IMG/VR virus record: IMGVR_UViG_3300023184_000086
Location: 13,235-77,234 of that record
Direction: 5' to 3' (one strand)
Origin: a virus
Length of the DNA: 64,000 bases
The position numbers and the translations under genes were made by a program. Every line of letters starts with the position of its first letter. Position 1 is the stretch's first letter. The notes beneath the pieces were generated by a model. That model searched no databases. It was not told the origin of the DNA and was given only the letters and a program-made list of their open reading frames with translations. Below are positions 9,438 through 16,275 of this stretch, one piece after another.

Positions 9438-9611
9438 ATGTTAAACACAATCACTGAATACTTCCAAAAGATGTTTCAGAATTTCAGTAAGCCACAAACT
9501 TACAGTTCCGCATTAGAAGAATACATTGTTAGACACGCACCCACAGATTCTTGTGATGTAGATCGTCTAACCCGTCAATTTGATATAATACATTCACGCA
9601 GAGGATGGTAA
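9438..9611 (+). CDS. Small protein (57 aa), DUF3563-like
   Basis: Below the ORF-track cutoff; SD AAGGA; MLNTITEYFQKMFQNFSKPQTYSSALEEYIVRHAPTDSCDVDRLTRQFDIIHSRRGW. Confidence 0.7.
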   Translation: MLNTITEYFQKMFQNFSKPQTYSSALEEYIVRHAPTDSCDVDRLTRQFDIIHSRRGW

Positions 9612-9613
9612 TC

Positions 9614-9748
9614 ATGAAAATAGTAAAAGCAATCTATAACTTTTTAGGCGAGATGGGTAAGGCCCATGCTGCTTCAAATTTAGCACGTAGCGGAGATTAT
9701 AAGGGCGCAAAACGTCTTATGATGGAAGATTTTAAGGGCTGGATTTAA
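9614..9748 (+). CDS. Small amphipathic protein (44 aa)
   Basis: Below the ORF-track cutoff; SD GAGGA; MKIVKAIYNFLGEMGKAHAASNLARSGDYKGAKRLMMEDFKGWI. Confidence 0.7.
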   Translation: MKIVKAIYNFLGEMGKAHAASNLARSGDYKGAKRLMMEDFKGWI

Positions 9749-9767
9749 TTGCTCATTAAATTTGCAA

Positions 9768-9796
9768 TATAAATAACAATGCAGTACAATTACTGC
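9768..9796 (+). promoter_or_regulatory. Late promoter TATAAATA plus 5' leader hairpin
   Basis: TATAAATA at 9768-9775; GCAGTA-CAAT-TACTGC at 9781-9796. Confidence 0.6.
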
Positions 9797-9821
9797 TAGA
9801 CACATACACAAGGAAATAAAA

Positions 9822-10103
9822 ATGTTTAATAAAATGTTCGCACCATACCTAACGCTTGAAGCACATATCGAAGCGTTCCAAGAAACCAAGCGAGGCCTAA
9901 CAGATAAGATCATTACTGATCCTACGCTGAACAAGGCAGCACACGATTATATTGATGCTCAGACTGAATTTGCTAAAATGTTAGCACATAACTTTACTGA
10001 CATCGCAAAGTATTCTATGGATTCCATTGCTGGTAAATGGTTTCCTAAGAATGAAGAAGCAGTTGAGGCTAAGACTGCACGTAGCAAGACGGCTGCTGCC
10101 TAA
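9822..10103 (+). CDS. Amphipathic helical protein, phasin-like (93 aa)
   Basis: SD AAGGA; all-helical amphipathic pattern with an Ala/Lys-rich C-terminal tail. Confidence 0.55.
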   Translation: MFNKMFAPYLTLEAHIEAFQETKRGLTDKIITDPTLNKAAHDYIDAQTEFAKMLAHNFTDIAKYSMDSIAGKWFPKNEEAVEAKTARSKTAAA

Positions 10104-10128
10104 GACATACACACACAAGGAGAAAATT

Positions 10129-10404
10129 ATGTCAAACACAATTAAAGCACCTGAAGTAAAATTCAACAAGAACGGTTATGAAATCCGTACAGACATTCTA
10201 GACATGGCTAAAGGACTAGTTAGTGAACAATATCACTCTAAGTTCCGCGGCTGGGAAATGTCAGTTCAGAAAGATCCAAAGACTGGCCAAGTGGTTACTA
10301 CTGTAGCAATGCCAGAATTTCCAGGACTTGAAAAAGTTTTAGAAACAGCAGAAAAAATGTATTCATTTGTTAATGCTGGTAGTACTACCACATCTAAAAA
10401 ATAA
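10129..10404 (+). CDS. Hypothetical phage protein (start revised to MSNTIKAPEV, 91 aa)
   Basis: SD AAGGAG upstream of ATG 10129. Confidence 0.8.
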   Translation: MSNTIKAPEVKFNKNGYEIRTDILDMAKGLVSEQYHSKFRGWEMSVQKDPKTGQVVTTVAMPEFPGLEKVLETAEKMYSFVNAGSTTTSKK

Positions 10405-10434
10405 TATAATAAAAATATATAGGACGTAGTCCAG

Positions 10435-10463
10435 AAGCCCCGGCATTAGATCGGGGCTTTTTT
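10435..10463 (+). terminator. Rho-independent terminator between convergent genes
   Basis: AAGCCCCG/CGGGGCTT stem followed by a T-run. Confidence 0.85.
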
Positions 10464-10464
10464 A

Positions 10465-11196
10465 TTACCAAGTCATTTGTTTATGATATTTCCATTTAAC
10501 TATCTTCCACCCAAAGAAGTCAGATAATGCACCAGTACCGTCAATTTTAAGAGTGTTCATTAAATTAACATAATATTCTCTGTAAGATATTTTACAAAGA
10601 TATAATTTATTATGTCCCATAGCAAATGGTACAAGTGTGGGATTCATACTGTTAAATTTTACCCAACCCTCGAGCACTCCTGTCCACCAGTGGTTCATTA
10701 TATCATCTAATATAACTACACCCTCATTACTAATAATAGTATTAGCAAGTGCTAGATCATTCATTACATGGATAGGCGTATGCCCACCATCTATTGAAAA
10801 GAATTTAATTGAGCCCGGCTGAATCATTTTAGTTAATTGTAAACTAGAATCGGTGCTATCACCCTGTATGATAAGTGTATTGCGTCCTTGGTGTCTATCA
10901 AGAGTTTCTAAATTTTTTCTAAAAGAAACAAGTTGTCCTGCACCTGATTTATCTACGTTAAGATGTTGATCATTGAATATATCAATAGCATATGATTTAA
11001 AATTTTCATCTACAGTTTGATTTAACAGTAAAAATAATTTGCCATCTTGTATACCAATTTCAGCAACCCCACCTCTTTGATTTATGGGTTGTGTGGATAA
11101 TATATCAAGTGTGTTAAAAATATCATCATAACACCATCCGTGTACTGTTTCAAAATGAGGGTAATATTGTTCTATGTAGGGATTGATAAATGCCAT
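10465..11196 (-). CDS. Class I SAM-dependent methyltransferase (Methyltransf_24-like)
   Basis: GW, VAEIGIQDGK, AIDIF, IQGDS, FSIDGGH and GVVILDD motifs. Confidence 0.85.
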   Translation of the reverse strand: MAFINPYIEQYYPHFETVHGWCYDDIFNTLDILSTQPINQRGGVAEIGIQDGKLFLLLNQTVDENFKSYAIDIFNDQHLNVDKSGAGQLVSFRKNLETLDRHQGRNTLIIQGDSTDSSLQLTKMIQPGSIKFFSIDGGHTPIHVMNDLALANTIISNEGVVILDDIMNHWWTGVLEGWVKFNSMNPTLVPFAMGHNKLYLCKISYREYYVNLMNTLKIDGTGALSDFFGWKIVKWKYHKQMTW

Positions 11197-11199
11197 TTT

Positions 11200-11604
11200 T
11201 TAAATTGGGTTACTTCGAAGAAATTCAGGATGCCGTTTATTGAAGTGACGCATAATAACGCCAGCAATTTCGTGTGCTTGATTTTCTTCTGGAGATCCTG
11301 TTTCACCACTATTGTCATTTAATTCATTACGTATATCTTGTCTAAAATGTACGAGTTCGTGAGCAACAGTTCTAAGTATATCTACAGGATGACGATTAAG
11401 TATAGCAACATGTAAAGTTTTTTCATCATTAACATACATACCAAAACTAGGCTGGCCGCCCGAATCTATTTCTGATTCAAAGTTCATTTTAGGTAATCTG
11501 TTAATTTCTAATATCTGCATAGCCAAGGGAAGAAACTTCTTGAACATATCAACGAATGTTGCTTTGGATTCTCTACCTTCAACTAATAACTCAACAATTT
11601 GCAT
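11200..11604 (-). CDS. Zincin-like HExxH metalloprotein (starts MQIVEL)
   Basis: LRTVAHELVHFRQ plus a downstream E in GSPEENQA; TAAATA 4 nt upstream of the ATG. Confidence 0.75.
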   Translation of the reverse strand: MQIVELLVEGRESKATFVDMFKKFLPLAMQILEINRLPKMNFESEIDSGGQPSFGMYVNDEKTLHVAILNRHPVDILRTVAHELVHFRQDIRNELNDNSGETGSPEENQAHEIAGVIMRHFNKRHPEFLRSNPI

Positions 11605-11608
11605 ACTG

Positions 11609-11680
11609 TATTTAGTGCCGGTTACTTTATCCGGCGCACACTAACGAGGTGCAGTTCAATTGCTCGGACGCCTATAACCG
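11609..11680 (-). ncRNA. Candidate SAM-V/SAM-II-like riboswitch variant
   Basis: GC-rich intergenic segment reading GCAAUUGAACUG..UGUGCGCC..AUAAAG..GCACUAAA, the block order of SAM-V aptamers as I recall them; GUGC/GCAC pseudoknot pairing is possible. Confidence 0.55.
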
Positions 11681-11686
11681 TGACGA

Positions 11687-12346
11687 CTAACGTGCCCTAA
11701 GGTGGGTTCTTAAATATTCTTCTGTTTTATCAGTATATATACCTGTGACCTGTAAAGTTGCCCTAGGTACATGCCCTGCATTGGCAGTAGAATGCGGTAC
11801 ATTCATCCAGTCAAACGTAGTTACAGAGCCTGCTTCCCAGCGTGACCACATGTAATTACCATAACTCCAAAAGTGTCCCATTTGCCAATCTGTTAATTGT
11901 ATAAAATAACGTACCACTTGGCTAGGATCTTCCGGCATCCATTTTTCTAATTTATCTAAGTGCAGATTCCAAACTTGTCCCGGATGCTGAACATGTATGC
12001 GTGCCATACATGAATCAAGACCAAATTGATCTGCAATGTTTTGAAACACAGGTGCTAGTTCATAGTTTAGATTTGTTACTATATAATCCTTACTCATGCC
12101 GTATGATTCTAAATCATATTCTTCGCGATCGTGTTCTTCACTACTACGAACTTTAGCATCGTTGGGTTTGCCTCTTGTACGCCATGTTACAGGTTTACTA
12201 GTTTCTATTGCTTCTGCAAGTTCTACTTTCCAGTTAGGTTCTATGTGTCCAAGACGTTCAACTCTATCCCATTTTGGATTCCAACGTTCTGTATCAAAAT
12301 GATACTGGCTACGCTGTTTAGTTAATTCCCAATTTGAATCAGACAT
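11687..12346 (-). CDS. 2OG-Fe(II)/cupin-type oxygenase (AspH-like)
   Basis: RIHVQHPGQVWNLHLD (HxD) and PHSTANAG..R.TLQVTG (distal His, Arg). Confidence 0.75.
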   Translation of the reverse strand: MSDSNWELTKQRSQYHFDTERWNPKWDRVERLGHIEPNWKVELAEAIETSKPVTWRTRGKPNDAKVRSSEEHDREEYDLESYGMSKDYIVTNLNYELAPVFQNIADQFGLDSCMARIHVQHPGQVWNLHLDKLEKWMPEDPSQVVRYFIQLTDWQMGHFWSYGNYMWSRWEAGSVTTFDWMNVPHSTANAGHVPRATLQVTGIYTDKTEEYLRTHLRAR

Positions 12347-13043
12347 ATGATTTTAATCTTTCTAATGTTGATATATATTTTTGATAGAATGGGCGTATTA
12401 AATCATATTTATAATTTTCCAACTCTACAAATTCATAGCAAGTTCTCAATGAAGATTCAAACTTCTCTTCATTGAGAAAATCAGTTGAATCCCATTCAAA
12501 CTTTGAACTTGAAAATACATTTATTTTTTCACAAAGAGTTTTTTCAGAGGCTCTTAGTTTTTCAAAATTAGGAAATACTTTTAAGTGTGGATACTTTTTT
12601 TTAAGATCGAGTATATCGGTTGCTCCCCATCTCCATTTAACAAAGTTAAAATTATTTTTAAATATAAGCAATTTTGGTTGAGACCAAATATTTAAAAAAT
12701 TATCAACCATTGACGTATTATGTGCAACTACAAAAAACTTTTTATCTTCTTTTGATATCTTATCAATCGTACCAGGATATGACTCGGGAGATTCTGGGGT
12801 GTTACCATATAAAAATCTACATCCTAAATCTAAATCATTCCATATATTTCCAACTTTATCCAGTCTATTCAACAATTCTATTTGTTTTGCTTCTGGAGTA
12901 AGATTACCTAATATTTGTTTTTCAACTAATTTTACATCTTGCAAATATGCTTGATCACTTATACCTAAACAGTTTATTAAAAATCTCCCACCACTCCATT
13001 GTGGATATATTGCCATAACTAGTGAGGTAGACTGTTTGTTCAT
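12339..13043 (-). CDS. Sulfotransferase/P-loop-like protein
   Basis: N-terminal beta strand plus YPQWSGGRFLINCL loop; visibly more AT-rich than its neighbours. Confidence 0.5.
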   Translation of the reverse strand: MNKQSTSLVMAIYPQWSGGRFLINCLGISDQAYLQDVKLVEKQILGNLTPEAKQIELLNRLDKVGNIWNDLDLGCRFLYGNTPESPESYPGTIDKISKEDKKFFVVAHNTSMVDNFLNIWSQPKLLIFKNNFNFVKWRWGATDILDLKKKYPHLKVFPNFEKLRASEKTLCEKINVFSSSKFEWDSTDFLNEEKFESSLRTCYEFVELENYKYDLIRPFYQKYISTLERLKSYV

Positions 13044-13669
13044 ATTACTGTTACCCTTATATCTGATTTGATATAATCTTGATAATCATCTGGAGGGGCA
13101 TCAATGTTTAATATTGTTGCCAGTTGTTGATTAGTCTGTGGCTGCTGCCCCGGGTAGTTCAAAGTGCCTTTGACAATACCGATGTTTTGTGCTTCAATGA
13201 TCTTGGCCATGACACGTAGGTTTTGATAATTTTGATAGTTTGGATAGGTAATATCAAAATGTCCGCATTTTACCCACCACCCTAAACAAGCGTCATCGGG
13301 CCTGTGTACCAGGACCAATGGACATTCGGGCCAGGTCTTTTTTATAAACTCAATGTGTTGAGTATAACTGAACCAATGACTTTTGATTATGCGAATGCCT
13401 TCACCGCTAAATGGGCGGTCAAATTCTAATTCGTGTTCTTCTTTACTACGTTGTCCTAGTCCTGGATAATTCAAAAACCAATCGCCGAATTCCATACCCG
13501 GATCAAAGTATGCACCCATGTGCATGAGTTCTGTGCGACCAGTTGCATCATGAAAATAGGTGCGTTCAAGACTGTAGTCGCTGCGATCAATGCTGGAACT
13601 ATAGTAGATGTTTTTAACTACGCTTGACCATTTACTTCCTGGAGCGCCGGCTACAAATATATATTTCAT
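13040..13669 (-). CDS. Sulfotransferase/P-loop-like protein (start revised to MKYIFVAG)
   Basis: IFVAGAPGSKWSS loop, IIKSH and LVHR motifs; ATGA overlap with the Bug gene stop. Confidence 0.6.
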   Translation of the reverse strand: MKYIFVAGAPGSKWSSVVKNIYYSSSIDRSDYSLERTYFHDATGRTELMHMGAYFDPGMEFGDWFLNYPGLGQRSKEEHELEFDRPFSGEGIRIIKSHWFSYTQHIEFIKKTWPECPLVLVHRPDDACLGWWVKCGHFDITYPNYQNYQNLRVMAKIIEAQNIGIVKGTLNYPGQQPQTNQQLATILNIDAPPDDYQDYIKSDIRVTVI

Positions 13670-14622
13670 TCTGGTTTGAACTTTCTGGCAATAGGTTGCC
13701 AATCGTTTCTTAATTTTGTCATACTATTATTTAATCCCTCAGGAGTATGCTCTTTAGGAGTTATAAACATCATATTCTCATCAAACTTTTCTTTTGCTTC
13801 TTTGCTATTGATAGCAGGAATAAAGTTTGTTCTATACCATTCCTGTATATCTTTAGGAGTTCCTTTGGGTAATATTAAATTCCAGCAACCATATATGTTT
13901 AATCCCGGTAGGTAATCTTTCATTAAAGGAACCTTTTCCAAACCGCGTAACGGAACTTCTCCGGCAATTCCGATTAGTTTTAGTTTACCTGCTTGTAGGT
14001 GTGGATATCCTACTGCTACCGGTGTAACTCCAAATTCAACATGCCCTCCCATTACATCCATCAAAGCCTGTGCTGGGCCCTTATACATAGCAGTTTCAAC
14101 TCGATCTCCACCCGGCACATTTAGTTTAGTGGTTAAGTATTCTACAGCAAGTTTATGTCCACCCCCGCCGATAGCAAAATTAATTTGTCGTTGTTTTGAT
14201 CTAATTTCATTTATTAATTCTTCAGGTGTGTTTACTTTACTGTTAGGAGTGGCCCAAAATGCTAAAGGACTTTTAGCAATATTGGCTACAGGTTCGAAAT
14301 CAAATATGTTAAATTTAATCATTTGTGGATACCATACTTCGGCTGTTACCCATTGACTATTACAAGCAGGTACTGATATAGTATATCCATCATTTGCCAC
14401 AGTATTAAAATGGTTAGTGGCCAGATTACCATCAGCACCTGGTTTATATTCGGATACAAACTTAGCACCTGTATTCTTTTCTATCATATCCGCTACAATA
14501 CGAAAACTGATTTCGTTGCCCGCACCTGGGCCGTTTGGAAATATTACAGTAATTGGTTTGGTTGGTTGCCAAGCAAATGCTAGTGCCGGTATTAGTAATA
14601 ATATGCCTAAAATCTTCTTCAT
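13666..14622 (-). CDS. Bug/TctC tripartite tricarboxylate transporter substrate-binding protein (start revised to MKKILG)
   Basis: Signal peptide; P.KPITVI.P.GPG.G, KPGADG, DFEPVA, YKG..QAL.DVMGGHV and PKGTP motifs; SD AGGAGA. Confidence 0.92.
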   Translation of the reverse strand: MKKILGILLLIPALAFAWQPTKPITVIFPNGPGAGNEISFRIVADMIEKNTGAKFVSEYKPGADGNLATNHFNTVANDGYTISVPACNSQWVTAEVWYPQMIKFNIFDFEPVANIAKSPLAFWATPNSKVNTPEELINEIRSKQRQINFAIGGGGHKLAVEYLTTKLNVPGGDRVETAMYKGPAQALMDVMGGHVEFGVTPVAVGYPHLQAGKLKLIGIAGEVPLRGLEKVPLMKDYLPGLNIYGCWNLILPKGTPKDIQEWYRTNFIPAINSKEAKEKFDENMMFITPKEHTPEGLNNSMTKLRNDWQPIARKFKPE

Positions 14623-14635
14623 GTTGTATCTCCTA

Positions 14636-14665
14636 TATAAATATTCACAACTGCAAATATTTATA
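14636..14665. promoter_or_regulatory. Face-to-face pair of TATAAATA late promoters forming a perfect inverted repeat
   Basis: TATAAATATT-cacaactgca-AATATTTATA between divergent genes. Confidence 0.7.
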
Positions 14666-14705
14666 GCATTGCTACAAAAAAATGCTAGAATGTGAAGAAA
14701 ATTAT

Positions 14706-15434
14706 ATGAACACAAAAATTTTTAACTTAATCAAAGAAAATTTACAACTTGCTTTTAATTTACCCAAATATAGTAAAATTTCTATAGATGAATCTACTCT
14801 AGTAGATCAATTGCCTTGGACGCCTGCACGTTATTCTAAATTTAAAGATGCTATAGAAGCAGAACTTAGTTTGCCCTGCGAATACAGAGGCACACTAAAA
14901 GAGATTGTTAACGATCTATCTGAACGCTATATTCTACGTTTCTTTAGTGAGATTTGGAAACCTAGAACAGGTGATTATGAGCATACTGGTTGGGATCTTG
15001 CTGACGAGATTAACAAACTAAATCCAACTAAAGTTTTAGATGTTGGGTGCGGATATCATCCATTTAAAGGACGTATACAGAATTTGATTGGGATTGATCC
15101 GTATAACAACTGTTCTGATTACGAAGTAGATATACTAGACTATAAAGTAAAACCCAACAGTCATGATGTTATCATAGCCCTGGGCAGCATTAATTTTAAT
15201 AGTAGAGATGAAATTGAAGCACGATTTGAACACTGTGTCAATATACTGAAGGAAGGTGGGAAATTCTTTCTAAGAGCCAATCCAGGAATTCCACACAAAA
15301 CTGGTCCGTATGTTGATATATTTCCTTGGACATTTGAAGTGGTTAATGATTTTGCTGAAAAATACAATCTAAAGTTAGACACATTTAAACGTGATGCTAA
15401 TGATAGATTATACTTTGTATATACTAAACTTTAA
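14706..15434 (+). CDS. Class I SAM methyltransferase with degenerate ACP-like N-terminal domain (start revised to MNTKIF)
   Basis: VLDVGCG, GIDPY, DVIIALGSINF and LKEGG motifs. Confidence 0.85.
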   Translation: MNTKIFNLIKENLQLAFNLPKYSKISIDESTLVDQLPWTPARYSKFKDAIEAELSLPCEYRGTLKEIVNDLSERYILRFFSEIWKPRTGDYEHTGWDLADEINKLNPTKVLDVGCGYHPFKGRIQNLIGIDPYNNCSDYEVDILDYKVKPNSHDVIIALGSINFNSRDEIEARFEHCVNILKEGGKFFLRANPGIPHKTGPYVDIFPWTFEVVNDFAEKYNLKLDTFKRDANDRLYFVYTKL

Positions 15435-16246
15435 TCTGCATTCTTTCCGCATTTAGTACGTTTAGCATTTGTAAGTGCTCCGAAATCTACAGGCCATTCT
15501 TGTCCTGGATTGAGTTCTTTGTATCCCGGTGGAAGTGCATATATCACACCTGCTTCGGTTTGAATCTGTGAAACTGGAATACGAAACGCTTTGAGATCAT
15601 TACCTAAATTGGGATAAGGTGCAACATGGGGGAAACGCCAGCCTGCAACTTCTTTGGTTGTGTTATTAATAACAATTTTATAATATCCATGAGGAACAAT
15701 TACACCATTTCCTATTCTTTTATCGCCAGCACCGTAAAATGCACCAACAAAGATTGTAAATGGTTGGTTTAATTGAACTGTCCAACCACGAACACTAGTT
15801 TCTAATAGTTTCCAGATTCCTCTATTTAATGATCCTGCTTGTGGATACATATTAGTCATTAAGAAACTTTCGTACTCTACAATTTGACTCCAACTTAGAT
15901 CGCCGTCTGGAGCAGCATGTCCTTTGTCATAGCCTGTGCCAGCATAGTCATCTGGACGAGCACCGCCCTGTATGCTTTGATCTACAACAAAAGCATTTGT
16001 GCGCGGCCAGCATCCTATAGCATTTTGTGGTAGCAATGTATATGCTACATATATTGGAATCTTGACAGGAGCATCATATGCTACTAAGTATGCTTCACGG
16101 CAGATAGGCTGTGCTGCTCGTTGGGTAGTGGCAAATCCGTATGGGCTATGTACTTGACATGCGACCGGTTGTAATGGAGCACGTTGGTCCCAGGCTTGTG
16201 CCAATCCTGCTACGAATAGCAGAGCAATTATTAATAGTTTTTTCAT
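15431..16246 (-). CDS. Secreted DNA/RNA non-specific endonuclease (NucA/EndA family)
   Basis: Signal peptide ending AQA; YDKGHAAP, TNMYPQ..NRGIW..LE and VPHGYYKIV motifs. Confidence 0.92.
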   Translation of the reverse strand: MKKLLIIALLFVAGLAQAWDQRAPLQPVACQVHSPYGFATTQRAAQPICREAYLVAYDAPVKIPIYVAYTLLPQNAIGCWPRTNAFVVDQSIQGGARPDDYAGTGYDKGHAAPDGDLSWSQIVEYESFLMTNMYPQAGSLNRGIWKLLETSVRGWTVQLNQPFTIFVGAFYGAGDKRIGNGVIVPHGYYKIVINNTTKEVAGWRFPHVAPYPNLGNDLKAFRIPVSQIQTEAGVIYALPPGYKELNPGQEWPVDFGALTNAKRTKCGKNAD

Positions 16247-16273
16247 GGTAGTCCTTTAAACTACCAGTATTTA
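16246..16273 (-). promoter_or_regulatory. Late promoter plus RBS-sequestering hairpin
   Basis: Minus strand reads TAAATAC-TGGTAGT-TTAAAGG-ACTACCA-TG; the hairpin spans the SD and the A of ATG. Confidence 0.6.
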
Positions 16274-16275
16274 TG

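Noticed and set aside
9680-10169. Minus-strand ORFs 9680-9934 and 9981-10169
   Set aside because: Antisense to plus-strand genes that have clear SD, promoter and terminator support.
11605-11686. tRNA, hammerhead, twister or HDV-like ribozyme, or a simple terminator
   Set aside because: No cloverleaf/T-loop, no CUGANGA+GAAA core, no twister or HDV topology, and no U-tract after the hairpin.
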